Shown here: piece by piece, positions 54,021 through 64,000 of the stretch | Layout of the letters: each line of letters begins with the position of its first letter | Position numbering within the stretch: position 1 is the stretch's first letter | NCBI GenBank assembly: GCA_963777315.1 | Contig: CAVZQC010000004.1 | Span: 352,001-416,000 of the forward strand | Length of the DNA: 64,000 nt | Source: Vulcanimicrobiota bacterium | GTDB lineage: Bacteria; Vulcanimicrobiota; Vulcanimicrobiia; Vulcanimicrobiales; Vulcanimicrobiaceae | Reading direction: 5' to 3' | Translations under genes and position numbers: made by a program | Notes under the pieces: model-generated | Seen by the model: the letters and a program-made list of their open reading frames with translations, nothing else | What the model was told of the DNA's origin: nothing | Databases searched by the model: none

Positions 54021-55292
54021 CTAGTGCCGGATGCGATAGATGCTTCCTGTTTGGTCGTCAGCCACGAAAACGTCGCCGAGCGGCCCGACCGCAACGCCGG
54101 ACGGACGGCCGATTCGCGTGCCGTTCGGACGCTGAAATCCGGTGATGAAATCGCTCCATTGCCTTGTCGGATCGGACCAGTTCACAGCGCTGACCGGTGC
54201 ATCGCCGGACATGGGAACGTACGCGACGCGCGGCGGAGCGATGGGGACGCCCGCGCCGCCGGTATGCCACGACCCGTGCATGCTCACGAAGGCGCCGCCG
54301 AGATAGTGCTGAGGGAATGCGTACGGCGCGCCCGACGAACCGGGATAGAACGCCGCGCCGACGATCGTTTGATATGCGGGAAACACCACGAGCGGTACGA
54401 CTACGCCCGTGCAATCGGCGCCCGGCGTATAGGCCACGCGGTTTTCTTCGCACTCGGGCCATCCGTAATTCGCCGTGCCGGCATGCAGCGTGACGGCGTC
54501 GAAGAACTCATAAGGATGTCCGGCCGGCAAATCGTCTTGGCCGGCGTCGCCGGCCCATAAGGTTGCGGTAGCGGGATTGACGGTCAGTGCGATTGCGTTA
54601 CGAATGTGGACGGCTTTTGCATGCATCCCAGCGCCGGTCAATGCCATCTGCTGAATGCTCGCTCGAGTCGGATCGGTTTCCGTGCACGCATTGCACGAGG
54701 AGCCGACGGACGCGTACAGCGTGTCGCCGGAAACTGCAACCGAGGTCGTGCTGTGCCCCGAACCGCCGCCGGAACGAACGGACGCGATCTTGATGGGACC
54801 GGAGCGTGCCGTTCGATCGCCGAACGTATACGCAATCGCATACACGCCGAATTGCGCGCCGATGTAAATGGTGCAGTTCTGCGAGGCAAATGTTACGCCC
54901 GCCGCCGGCGAATCGCCGACGTCGGCAAAAACCTGCGGATACGCGGCTTGGCCTTCCGGATTTGCGATCAGATAGACCGAAGACCCCATCGTTCCAACGA
55001 GCAAATCGCCGTTGGACAAAAACGTCAGCTCGCGAGCTCGCGGCACGTTGCCGATGATTTCAATCTGGAATCCGCTTGGTACGCTCAGACCGGTTGCCGG
55101 CTGCGGCGCGGGACCGGCCGGCGTCGCCGCCGGAGCGGGAGTCGTCCTGGCCGCGCATGCCGCGCCGGCGCCGGGCGAGCCGGTCGAAGGCGAGACGGTC
55201 GCGCTGGGCGCGGTAGCCTGCGCGGCTGCACCGCCCGTACCACCGCAAGCGGCGAGCGCGCATGCCGCCGCCGCCAGGAACAGTTGTTTCAC
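54021..55292 (-). CDS. Lipoprotein glucose/sorbosone dehydrogenase family, paralog of 51604-52767
   Basis: GTG start, lipobox LAACGG; SVGSSCNAC, HGSWH, GRPSGVAVGP. Confidence 0.88.
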   Translation of the reverse strand: MKQLFLAAAACALAACGGTGGAAAQATAPSATVSPSTGSPGAGAACAARTTPAPAATPAGPAPQPATGLSVPSGFQIEIIGNVPRARELTFLSNGDLLVGTMGSSVYLIANPEGQAAYPQVFADVGDSPAAGVTFASQNCTIYIGAQFGVYAIAYTFGDRTARSGPIKIASVRSGGGSGHSTTSVAVSGDTLYASVGSSCNACTETDPTRASIQQMALTGAGMHAKAVHIRNAIALTVNPATATLWAGDAGQDDLPAGHPYEFFDAVTLHAGTANYGWPECEENRVAYTPGADCTGVVVPLVVFPAYQTIVGAAFYPGSSGAPYAFPQHYLGGAFVSMHGSWHTGGAGVPIAPPRVAYVPMSGDAPVSAVNWSDPTRQWSDFITGFQRPNGTRIGRPSGVAVGPLGDVFVADDQTGSIYRIRH

Positions 55293-56545
55293 ACTCGCAC
55301 GCCTCCGGTCGGAACCGTTTCGAAGCGATCTTTGAATTCGTTTGGGGTCAAGTTCGTATATGCCGCCAAGCGCGACAACGCCGGCTCCCGGAAATCGTCG
55401 GCTTCCAGGCGGGTCATATAGTTGCGTGCGACGCGGTACGATTCGGTCGTAACGTCGACCATCCGCACGCGCACGCGCTTGGTGCTTGGATCCTGCAATT
55501 CTGCCAGCGTCACGGGAACTACGCGGCCTCCCGAAAGCGCGATCAACGCGCCGCTGCCTCCGTCGAGCAGATAGCGAACCGCGCCGTAGCCGAGCGTTCG
55601 CGTATACTCGACGTCGAACGGAACGGGTTTCGCGCAACGCAACTCGTATCCGATGTCTTTCGTCACGATCGTCGCCACGACGCCGATCTCCGCCAGGCGG
55701 CGCCGCACCGCATCGCGCAGTACGGTCCCGATGGGGATGTCGGCAAGGCGAACGTGACCGTACGCATCGCGCGCGGCATTTTCGGACGCGGCGAGCTGTT
55801 CGCGCGAAAGGCGCTCTGCAATGCCTTCGGCTACCACTGCCACGCCGTTGTCGTGATTGTTCGAACGGCGCTTGACGATCGCTCCGACGATCGTATCGAC
55901 GACCGCTTCCAAATCTAGACCCGGACCCGGAAACTCTTCGGGGATCACCGCCAAATCGGCCCCCGCAGCTTTGCACATTCCCAGCGCGAGCGCGCCGGAT
56001 TTACGTCCCATGCTCACGACCAGGTACCAGCGCTCGGTGGTGCGGGCGTCTTCCATCAAGCTCTCGATGATGCCGGTTGCGACGGAGCGAGCCGTTTCAA
56101 AGCCGAACGTCGGCGCGTTGTCCGGAAGAGGCAGATCGTTGTCGATCGTCTTGGGAACCGTCGCGACGCCGATGCGCCCTTGGGTCATTTCCGCGATGCG
56201 TATGGCACCGTACGTCGTATCGTCACCGCCGATCGCGATCAAGTAGCGCACGCCGAGCAGCGTGAGCGCGCGTACGCAATTCAGCAGCGTCGCTTCATCT
56301 TTAGCGGGATTGGTGCGCGAGGTGCGCAGTATGGAACCGCCGCGCGTATGAATGAGCGCCACGTCTTCAACGCTCAGCTCGCGCACGCGCGACGTGTCGC
56401 CCTGCGCGATGTGAAAATATCCGTCGTAGATGCCCAGTACGCGCAGCCCGGTGTTGGCCGCCTCAATCGTAGCCGAGGCTATGACGCCGTTGATGCCGGG
56501 AGCGGGGCCGCCCCCGACCAGAATCGCCAGAGTATCGCCGTTCAT
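55289..56545 (-). CDS. pfp: Pyrophosphate-dependent phosphofructokinase
   Basis: GGGPAPGIN, GGDDT, PKTIDNDL, MGR, GYELRC. Confidence 0.88.
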   Translation of the reverse strand: MNGDTLAILVGGGPAPGINGVIASATIEAANTGLRVLGIYDGYFHIAQGDTSRVRELSVEDVALIHTRGGSILRTSRTNPAKDEATLLNCVRALTLLGVRYLIAIGGDDTTYGAIRIAEMTQGRIGVATVPKTIDNDLPLPDNAPTFGFETARSVATGIIESLMEDARTTERWYLVVSMGRKSGALALGMCKAAGADLAVIPEEFPGPGLDLEAVVDTIVGAIVKRRSNNHDNGVAVVAEGIAERLSREQLAASENAARDAYGHVRLADIPIGTVLRDAVRRRLAEIGVVATIVTKDIGYELRCAKPVPFDVEYTRTLGYGAVRYLLDGGSGALIALSGGRVVPVTLAELQDPSTKRVRVRMVDVTTESYRVARNYMTRLEADDFREPALSRLAAYTNLTPNEFKDRFETVPTGGVRV

Positions 56546-56629
56546 GCACCCGTCATGTACGATGCCGAACTGCGACAACTCTTCAGAGTGCCCGGCGAGC
56601 AACCGCCCCGCCGGGCACTGCCCGAGACT

Positions 56630-57013
56630 CTAGGGTTGTGGAGTTGCCGGGGGCCGGCGATCGCGCATCTGCTGCATGCGCTGCTGCACCTGCGCTTGCT
56701 GCTGCGGCGTCAGCACGTTCATCAGCTGCGTGCGCATCTGCTTGCGCGCTTGCGGATCGGGAGCGCTTCCGCGGGGATGGGCTTGCCGGTATTGCTGCAT
56801 GATCTGCTTCATCTGCGCTTTTTGCTGGTCGCTGAGATTGAGGCCGCGGAACATCCGCATGTAGCCGCCGTGATGGCGGCCGTGGGAAGGCTGCTGCGTC
56901 GCGGCGGGCGCCGGGTCGTTCACCGCGGGAGCCTGCTGGCCGAATGCAGCGGCAGGGAGGAGCAGTGCGGCGGCGGCGGCAGCCGGAATGACATAATGCC
57001 TGAGGATCTTCAC
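56630..57013 (-). CDS. Spy/CpxP family periplasmic chaperone
   Basis: Signal peptide; LNLSDQQKAQ and LTPQQ motifs. Confidence 0.85.
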   Translation of the reverse strand: MKILRHYVIPAAAAAALLLPAAAFGQQAPAVNDPAPAATQQPSHGRHHGGYMRMFRGLNLSDQQKAQMKQIMQQYRQAHPRGSAPDPQARKQMRTQLMNVLTPQQQAQVQQRMQQMRDRRPPATPQP

Positions 57014-57106
57014 GTTAGGGAGAACTCCTTGAAATGAGGGGTGCTCCTACTGTAACGTTGCCGTCGTCCAAAACGTCTAAGAAATCGATTAGGGTTCGCG
57101 AAACTC

Positions 57107-58696
57107 TTACGGCGTGATGGCAGCGGCCTTTACCGCGTCGGCCGCGTACGGGGCAAAGTGCTCGAAGTTTGCAGCAAATAAGCCTGCGAGCTTCTTGGCC
57201 TGAGCGTCGTATGCGCCGGCATCGGGCCACATCGCGCGCGGATCCAGCACATCGGCGGGAACGCCCGGAACGTCGAGCGGAACGGACAACCCAAAGAAGG
57301 GTTCCTTGCGAAATGCGGCGCCCGAGAGCGCGCCGCCGATCGCCGCGTCCACCATGGCGCGCGTATGCTCGATCGCCATGCGTTTTCCGACGCCGTAGGG
57401 GCCGCCGCTCCACCCGGTATTGACCAGCCAGCATTGGACGTTGTGTTCGTCGATGCGCTTGCCCAGCAGCTTGGAGTAGACGGTGGGATGGTGCACCATG
57501 AACGGCGCGCCGAAGCAAGTGGAGAACGTGGCTTGGGGTTCGGTAACGCCGCGCTCGGTACCGGCGACCTTGGCGGTGTAGCCCGAGAGAAAATGATACA
57601 TCGCCTGTTCTTTGCTCAGCTTGGCGATAGGAGGCAGTACGCCGAATGCATCGGCAGTGAGCATCACGATCGTCTTTGCATGCCCGCCTTTGCTGCCCGC
57701 GACGATGTTCGGTATGTAGTCTAGCGGGTACGCGGCCCGCGTGTTCTCGGTCTTCGCGTCGCTTTGCAGATCGAGGGTGCGCGTTTGCGGATCGTAAGCG
57801 ACGTTTTCGAGCACCGTGCCGAACCGGTGCGAGGCACTCCAAATTTCGGGTTCGGATTTTTGCGAAAGCCGAATGACCTTCGCGTAACAGCCGCCTTCAA
57901 AATTGAAGATGCCGTTTGCCGACCAGCCGTGCTCGTCGTCGCCGATGAGCGGACGATGCCCGTCGGCCGAGAGCGTCGTTTTACCGGTTCCGGAAAGCCC
58001 GAAAAAGATCGCTACGTCGCCGTTGCTCCCTATGTTCGCCGAACAGTGCATCGGCAACGTGCGGCGCAGTGGCAGCAGATAATTCATGACGGTGAAGACC
58101 GACTTTTTAATTTCGCCGGCGTATTTGGTGCCGCCGATGAGAATGACGCGCTTGGCGAAATTGACTAAAACGAACGTCGACGAATTGGTGCCGTCGCGCA
58201 CCGGATCGGCTTGAAACAGGGCCGCGTCGACCACGGTGAATTCCGGCACGAATCTGCGGACGGAATCCGCCGGAACGATGAAGAGGTTTCTCGCGAACAG
58301 ACTGTGCCAAGCGAATTCGGTGACGATGCGGACCGGCAGCCGGTAGTCTTCGTCGGCTCCGACGTAGCAGTCCAGTGAGTACACTTCCCGCTGCGCCAGA
58401 TACGCGCTCACTCGGTTCCACAGCGCGTCAAAGACCTGCGGCGTTATGGGTCGATTCGTTTCACCCCAATCGACGTGCGACTCACTGGAAGGCTCTTTGA
58501 CGAAGAACTTATCGCGCGGCGAACGGCCGGTGTGCGGGCGCGTGTCGACGACGAGTTGTCCGTCGCTGCCGAGCACGCCCTCTCCGCGTCCGATTGCGTG
58601 CTCGAGCAGCTCGGGGACGGAGAGGTTTTCGTAGACGCGCGCGGCCTCGATTTTTTCGGGTGCGGTAAGTATCGCTGTAGTCTCCGGAATCGGCAA
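57107..58696 (-). CDS. pckA: Phosphoenolpyruvate carboxykinase (ATP)
   Basis: TGRSPRDK, YAGEIKK, GLSGTGKTTLS, LIGDDEHGW, EGGCYAK. Confidence 0.97.
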   Translation of the reverse strand: MPIPETTAILTAPEKIEAARVYENLSVPELLEHAIGRGEGVLGSDGQLVVDTRPHTGRSPRDKFFVKEPSSESHVDWGETNRPITPQVFDALWNRVSAYLAQREVYSLDCYVGADEDYRLPVRIVTEFAWHSLFARNLFIVPADSVRRFVPEFTVVDAALFQADPVRDGTNSSTFVLVNFAKRVILIGGTKYAGEIKKSVFTVMNYLLPLRRTLPMHCSANIGSNGDVAIFFGLSGTGKTTLSADGHRPLIGDDEHGWSANGIFNFEGGCYAKVIRLSQKSEPEIWSASHRFGTVLENVAYDPQTRTLDLQSDAKTENTRAAYPLDYIPNIVAGSKGGHAKTIVMLTADAFGVLPPIAKLSKEQAMYHFLSGYTAKVAGTERGVTEPQATFSTCFGAPFMVHHPTVYSKLLGKRIDEHNVQCWLVNTGWSGGPYGVGKRMAIEHTRAMVDAAIGGALSGAAFRKEPFFGLSVPLDVPGVPADVLDPRAMWPDAGAYDAQAKKLAGLFAANFEHFAPYAADAVKAAAITP

Positions 58697-58762
58697 AAGC
58701 GTTGCTTTAGGTAAACCTCCCGCATTGTCATCCCGCCGAAGGGCCGGGACGCCGGGAGTCTA

Positions 58763-59932
58763 ATGTCGTGCCGGATGGGACGTTGCGCGCTTGCTCTTTT
58801 CGGTCTACTGCTGTTTGCCGGAGCGACTTGCGCGGCCGCCATCCCGTTCCGTTTCGGGTTTTACCCGCCCGGCCCGCTCGACGGGATCACCGATGTTGCC
58901 GGCGTGATGGTTGCCAATCTGACCAAAGTCGAAGGCGACGCCATCCGAACCGGCGCGACCGCGATTCTGCCCAATGCGGATCCCTGGGATCGTAAAGTAT
59001 CGGCGGCAGCGTTTGCGTTCAACGGAAACGGCGAGATGACCGGCGTGCAGTGGATCAACGAGTCGGGCTATCTCGAAGAGCCGATCGTGCTGACCGATAC
59101 GCTGGACGTCGGACGCGCCGCCGACGGGGTCGTGAGCTGGCAAATCGCGCAGCATCCCGACATCGGGCGCCGGGACGATGTGCCGCTTCCCGTTGTTGCC
59201 GAATGCGACGACCAATTGCTCAACGACATTCAAGCCCGGGTCGTCGGCGCGAGTGACGTCGTGCGGCTGCTGCAGTCTGCGCGCGCCGGACAGTTCGGAC
59301 GCGGAAGCGTGGGAGCGGGCACGGGGATGAAGGCATTCGGGTTCAAGGCGGGCATTGGTTCGGCATCACGCGTGCTGCCCAAAGCGTTGGGTGGCTACAC
59401 CGTCGGCGTGCTGGTGAACGACAATACCGGCTCAACGCGAGAACAGCTGACGATAGACGGCGTGCACGTCGGCGAGAAGTTGCGCAACGCATACCGCATG
59501 AAATTCCCGCACCGCGTTTCGCTCCACGGCCGAATGGCCTCAGGGAGCATCATCATCGTCATTGCAACCGATGCGCCGTTGGATTCTCGCCAGCTTGGCG
59601 CGGTAGCGCGCCGGGCCGCACTCGGGATGGGGCGCACCGGACTCACCAGCGACGTGGGCAGCGGCGATCTGTTCGTGGCTTTCAGTACCGGCCGCGTGTT
59701 CGCGCACGCCGGCAGCTTCCGCATCCGCGCACCGCACAATGCGGCGCTGGAGGACCAGGACACGCTCGATGCAATCTATCGCGCGACCGCGGAGGCGACC
59801 GAAGGCGCAATTTACGACGCGCTCTTCAACGCCAAAACGATGACGGGCCGCGGCGGCGTTACGGTGTATGGGCTGCCCGTTCCACAAGTGCTGCAGATGC
59901 TCTCCGGAGCGGGCGTGCTGCAGCCGCAATGA
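58763..59932 (+). CDS. P1 / DmpA (S58) family aminopeptidase, secreted
   Basis: ITDVAGV, NGNGEMTG, VGAGTGM, GSIIIVIATDAP, GSGD. Confidence 0.88.
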   Translation: MSCRMGRCALALFGLLLFAGATCAAAIPFRFGFYPPGPLDGITDVAGVMVANLTKVEGDAIRTGATAILPNADPWDRKVSAAAFAFNGNGEMTGVQWINESGYLEEPIVLTDTLDVGRAADGVVSWQIAQHPDIGRRDDVPLPVVAECDDQLLNDIQARVVGASDVVRLLQSARAGQFGRGSVGAGTGMKAFGFKAGIGSASRVLPKALGGYTVGVLVNDNTGSTREQLTIDGVHVGEKLRNAYRMKFPHRVSLHGRMASGSIIIVIATDAPLDSRQLGAVARRAALGMGRTGLTSDVGSGDLFVAFSTGRVFAHAGSFRIRAPHNAALEDQDTLDAIYRATAEATEGAIYDALFNAKTMTGRGGVTVYGLPVPQVLQMLSGAGVLQPQ

Positions 59933-60435
59933 GCTTCATCGAAACCCAGCGGCTCGCGCTGCGGAAGTGGGACGTAGAGAGAGACCTGGACGACGCCTTC
60001 GAGATTTACGGCAATAGTGAAACGATGCGATTCATACCCTGCGGAGTTTTGAGCAAAGACCAAACCCGCCGGTGGCTCGAGCGCATGTTCGACAAGGGCG
60101 AAGAATGCGGCTTCGGCATCTGGCCGGTCGTGCACAAGGCCGAACGCAAGGTCATCGGTGAATGCGGCGTCGCCTACATCCCCGAGTACGGTAAGGACGT
60201 CGAGATCGCGTGGATCGTCAATAACTCCTACGTGGGCAACGGTTACGCTACCGAAGCGGCACGCGCCGTCCTGCGGTATGCTTTCGACGATTTGGCATTG
60301 CCGCTGGTGTACGCGCTCGTCGACCGCGAGAACGCGGCTTCGATTCGCGTAGCGAATCATTTGAACATGGGATACGACAGGATCGTGCGCGCCTACCGGC
60401 GCGACCTGATGCGATACTGTAGCCGGGCGGCGTGA
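59929..60435 (+). CDS. GNAT (RimJ/RimL-type) N-acetyltransferase
   Basis: IETQRLALR, GNGYATEAA, ENAASIRV. Confidence 0.88.
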   Translation: MSFIETQRLALRKWDVERDLDDAFEIYGNSETMRFIPCGVLSKDQTRRWLERMFDKGEECGFGIWPVVHKAERKVIGECGVAYIPEYGKDVEIAWIVNNSYVGNGYATEAARAVLRYAFDDLALPLVYALVDRENAASIRVANHLNMGYDRIVRAYRRDLMRYCSRAA

Positions 60436-61313
60436 TGCAGCTCGAGTATAGCGTGGTGGACGTCTTCACGCAGGTGCCGTTGCAGGGCAATCCGCTCGCG
60501 GTGTTTCGCGACGCAAGCGGTTTGGACGCGCAAACCATGCAGGCCATCGCGCGAGAGCTCAACCTTTCTGAAACGACGTTCGTGTTTTCGGCGTCGCGCA
60601 GCGATTGTGTCGCCAAGGTTCGCATTTTTACGTCTGCAGCCGAGATGCCGTTCGCGGGGCATCCGACGATCGGCACGGCGTACGTGATGCGCGAATGCGG
60701 GATCGTACCGCGCGACCGCAGGTCATTCAAGCTGGAAGAGAACGTCGGCCCCGTTGCCGTTCGCGTCGACGACGGTGCCGACCCGATGATTTGGCTGAGC
60801 ACCCCGCCGATTTCGCGGGGACGCTCCTTTACGGCCGAGCAGGCGGCGGAGGCGATTGCGCTCGACGCGCACGACCTGCTCGCCGGCGTGCCGTCCGAGA
60901 TCTGGAGCGCGGGCAATCCCAATCTGTACGTCGCCGTGCGCGACAAAGCCGCAGTCGACCGGGCGTGGGTCGATCTCTCCGCGCAGCGCGCGCTTCTGGG
61001 ACAAGAGCAGCTTCCCACGTGCGTGTTCGTCTTCACGCCCACCCAGCAGGGCGCGTATTCGCGCATGTTTTCCCCCGAACACGGCGTGGTCGAGGACCCC
61101 GCCACCGGAAGCGCGACCGGGCCGCTGGCGGCATTCATGATGGAACACGGACTTGCTCCCACAGCGGACGGCACGCAGCTGGTCAGCGAACAAGGCGCCA
61201 AGATGCGCCGAAGGAGCTTGCTGCACGTGCTCGTGCGCGGCGAGAAAGGCCGCGACGGCATCGACGTCGGCGGGCACGTCAGACCGCTGGTTACCGCCGC
61301 AATGCGGTTCTAG
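60432..61313 (+). CDS. PhzF family protein
   Basis: VDVFT..PLQGNPLAV, NLSETTF, EMPFAGHPT, EDPATGS. Confidence 0.92.
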   Translation: MMQLEYSVVDVFTQVPLQGNPLAVFRDASGLDAQTMQAIARELNLSETTFVFSASRSDCVAKVRIFTSAAEMPFAGHPTIGTAYVMRECGIVPRDRRSFKLEENVGPVAVRVDDGADPMIWLSTPPISRGRSFTAEQAAEAIALDAHDLLAGVPSEIWSAGNPNLYVAVRDKAAVDRAWVDLSAQRALLGQEQLPTCVFVFTPTQQGAYSRMFSPEHGVVEDPATGSATGPLAAFMMEHGLAPTADGTQLVSEQGAKMRRRSLLHVLVRGEKGRDGIDVGGHVRPLVTAAMRF

Positions 61314-61342
61314 TGCAGTGCGCCATACGGCGCCGGGTCTGG

Positions 61343-62293
61343 TTACGCGAGCAGTTCCCGCTCCACCATGATACCGCGCGGGTCGATGAGATGCTTGTTC
61401 AGTCCCAGCTTCTCTGCCGGCACGCCCAGCGCGTACGCGACGAGTTGCGGAAGATGAAATATCGGAAGGTCGGTGCGCCCCCAGCGTGAGGCGGCGTCCT
61501 GCTGATATCCGTCCAGGGCTAAATGACAGAGCGGGCACGGCGTAATGACGGCTTCGGCGCCTTTGTCCTTGGCCATGCGCATGTTCTGCCCGACCATCGA
61601 GGCCGCTACGCCTTCCTTTTCGAGCTGAATATGGAAGCCGCAGCAGCGCGTCTTGCCCGCGTAGTCGACCGCTTCACCGCCGAGCGCTTCGACCAAGTCT
61701 TCGAGCGAGTGCGGATTGCGCGCCGATTCCCACCCGTTGACGCTCTCCGGACGGATGATGTGACAGCCGTAGAACGGTGCGACGCGCAGACCGCCCAACG
61801 GGCGCACGACCATTTTGCGCAGCTCGTCCAATCCTAAATCATCGACGAGCATCCACAGCAGGTGGCGCACCATGACGCCGCCGTTGTATTTCGCGCCGAA
61901 TTTGCCGAGCACGGAATTGGCTTGCGCCATGCGCGCTTCGCTGTCGAGCAGTTCCTTGTTGGCCGCGCGCATGTGCCCGGTGCACGTCGAGCAAATCGTA
62001 ATGATGTCGTCCAAGCCGAGCGCTTCGGCCTGCGCGTACGTACGCGCATTGAGCACGCGGGCGATGTCGCGGTTGGTGTCGTTGACGACCGATGCGCCGC
62101 AGCACGATGCAGCCGTCAGTTCGATCAGCTCTATGCCGAGCTTGTCGGCCAGCAGCATCGTCGAGTTGAACAGCTCCTTGCACGATTCTTTGGCGACGCA
62201 CCCGGGGAAGAAGCCGTAGCGCTTGGTTTCGGCGCTGTGCGTGCGTTTGTGCGATTCCGGCGGTTTCTCTTCGGGCAGCAGTGTGGTGCTCAT
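61343..62293 (-). CDS. CCG-domain (HdrB-like) subunit of succinate dehydrogenase
   Basis: FFPGC...SCCG...CSTC and FYGC...CCG...CPLC; directly downstream of sdhB. Confidence 0.88.
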   Translation of the reverse strand: MSTTLLPEEKPPESHKRTHSAETKRYGFFPGCVAKESCKELFNSTMLLADKLGIELIELTAASCCGASVVNDTNRDIARVLNARTYAQAEALGLDDIITICSTCTGHMRAANKELLDSEARMAQANSVLGKFGAKYNGGVMVRHLLWMLVDDLGLDELRKMVVRPLGGLRVAPFYGCHIIRPESVNGWESARNPHSLEDLVEALGGEAVDYAGKTRCCGFHIQLEKEGVAASMVGQNMRMAKDKGAEAVITPCPLCHLALDGYQQDAASRWGRTDLPIFHLPQLVAYALGVPAEKLGLNKHLIDPRGIMVERELLA

Positions 62294-63253
62294 CAGGTAA
62301 CGGGGACCTCCAGGGTTTCAAAAATCGTGCGGACTTCGTCCACTTTGGGAATGGGCTTGACGAACGGCGGCGGCAGCTTGCCCTTGGCGGCCATGCGCAG
62401 GCCCAGCGGAGCCACTTTGAGCAGCCCGCGAATGTTGAAGCGGCCCACGGTGCCTTGGATGACTTCCGTTTCGGCCAGCATGCCGGTTTGCTTGATCGTC
62501 TTATTGACGGTGAGCGCGTGGCGCGGACCGCGCTCGTTCATCATGACGCGATCCTGGATGGTAGCGCGCTTGACGTCGACGATGCGCCAGTGCGGATCCA
62601 CGTGCTTGGGGCAGTACGAGCATGCATAGCAGTGCGCGCACAGCCACAGGTAGTCTTCGTTGATTTGCGCGATGCGTTCCGAACGCTGTCCGTCGCGCAC
62701 GTCCTCGATGAAGCGGTACGCATACGCGATCGCGGCGGGGCCGGCGAACGCGGGATCGACGCTCACTACCGGGCAGAGCGCATAGCAGGTTGCGCACATG
62801 ATGCAGTTCGCGACGTCGACCAGCTTCTTCATGTCCTCGGGGCTGACGCGCCGTTCGCGTTCATGGCTCTCGTCGGAATCGCCGGGCTGCAGGTACGGCT
62901 TTAGGCGCGTATACTTGTCCCAGAACGGATCCATATGCACGACCAGATCGCGCATGGGTTGAAAGTTGGGCATCGGATCGATTTTGATCGCGCCCGAATC
63001 GTCCATGACGGTATTGCAGGGGGTTTTGCAGGCAAGCCCGGTTACGCCGTTGATGTTCATCGAACAGGAACCGCAAATCGCCGAGCGGCACGACCGGCGG
63101 AAGTCTGATGGAGCCGTCGATTTCGGCCTTGGCCGTTTCCAGCGCGTCGAGCACGGTAGTCGTTTCCGGCACGTCGACGGTAACGACGTCGCGGTGGGGA
63201 ACTGCGTCCACGGCTTCGTCGAAGCGGAAGATGTCGAGTTTGACCTGAGTCAT
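62293..63253 (-). CDS. sdhB: Succinate dehydrogenase / fumarate reductase iron-sulfur subunit; +1 frameshift at 63104
   Basis: After correction FRRSCRSAICGSCSMNING; CIMCATC..CP; CAHCYACSYCP. Confidence 0.92.
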
Positions 63254-63255
63254 GA

Positions 63256-64000
63256 TCAGTACGTCCTCACCTGAGGCTCCCACTTCGTAATCGTGACTTT
63301 GCGCGAATAGTCCAGTTTGGGATTGGCCCCGTCTTGGCGCCAGGCCAGAGTGTGGACGAGCCAGTTTTCGTCGTCTCGCTCGGGGAAGTCCGTGCGGGCC
63401 TGCGCCCCGCGCGATTCCTTTCGCGCTAGCGCGCCGTTGGCCACGCACATCGCCGAGTCGATGAGATAATCGGTTTCCATCGTGGCGACCAAATCGGTGT
63501 TGAACGTTTTCGACTTGTCCATGACGTAGACTTCCTCATCGAAGCGCTTGCGAATTTCCAGGAGCCGGTCGACCGCGGTCTGCAGTTGCTCTTCGTTGCG
63601 GAAGATGAAGCAGTTCTCGCTCATCACGTTTTGCATGGCCGCGCGAAGTTGCGGAGCTCGCGTGCCGCCGGACTTTGACAGCCATTTGTTAAGCCGGTCC
63701 TTTTCCCGCGACAGCGTGCGTTCCGACGGACGGACCTCGCCGACCGACTTTGTGTAGTCGAAGGCATGTCTTGCCGCGCGAGCTCCGTACACGATCGTCT
63801 CCAGCAGGGAATTGCCGCCTAAACGGTTGGCGCCGTGAACGCTGGGCGTAGCAACTTCGCCTGCGGCATAGACGCCCGGGACGCGCGTCGCGCCCCAGAT
63901 ATTCGTTTCGATGCCGCCCATCGTATAGTGCATTCCGGGCAATATCGGAACGGGTTGCTCGATGGCGTCTTTGCCCGTAGCATCCAGCGCCAGTTCGCGG
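63256..64000 (-). CDS. sdhA: Succinate dehydrogenase flavoprotein subunit, C-terminal part
   Basis: HYTMGGI, SVHGANRLGGNSLLE, RKESRGA. Confidence 0.93.
   Translation of the reverse strand, partial: RELALDATGKDAIEQPVPILPGMHYTMGGIETNIWGATRVPGVYAAGEVATPSVHGANRLGGNSLLETIVYGARAARHAFDYTKSVGEVRPSERTLSREKDRLNKWLSKSGGTRAPQLRAAMQNVMSENCFIFRNEEQLQTAVDRLLEIRKRFDEEVYVMDKSKTFNTDLVATMETDYLIDSAMCVANGALARKESRGAQARTDFPERDDENWLVHTLAWRQDGANPKLDYSRKVTITKWEPQVRTY

Noticed and set aside
55293..55976. Upstream extension of the 651 aa ORF
   Set aside because: Overlaps pfp in another frame; the lipoprotein signal starts at GTG 55292

Overview
GC-rich bacterial chromosome segment. The 16S sequence and gene content suggest Eremiobacterota/Vulcanimicrobiota (WPS-2); this is an inference, not a database check. 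In order, the window holds: the end of the str operon (rpsG'-fusA-tuf-rpsJ); a 5.7 kb accessory insert; the rplC-to-rpsM S10/spc cluster (rpmD and infA absent); a 7 kb insert; rpsK-rpsD-rpoA-rplQ running into trpDCFBA; metabolic genes; one tRNA-less rRNA operon; and accessory/metabolic genes ending in an sdhA-sdhB-CCG-subunit cluster. Highlights: (1) Almost every non-trivial spacer in the ribosomal protein cluster is bridged by unannotated mini-ORFs. These start on or next to the upstream stop and end on or next to the downstream start, suggesting a termination-reinitiation relay. (2) Two of these spacers hold tandem arrays (2x127 bp and 3x126 bp) of a structured repeat family sharing a ~55 nt 3' module that ends in the RBS of the next gene. 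(3) The 23S rRNA carries two ORF-less group I introns (L1931, and an unusual site at L2473) plus a ~174 nt insertion at the actinobacterial H54a position. (4) Nine separate +1 insertions, in rpsJ, rplO, secY, map, 16S rRNA, an MFS gene, a serine hydrolase (x2) and sdhB, all fall in or beside AGCT. They are most likely methylation-driven long-read errors that reveal a host AGCT methylation motif.
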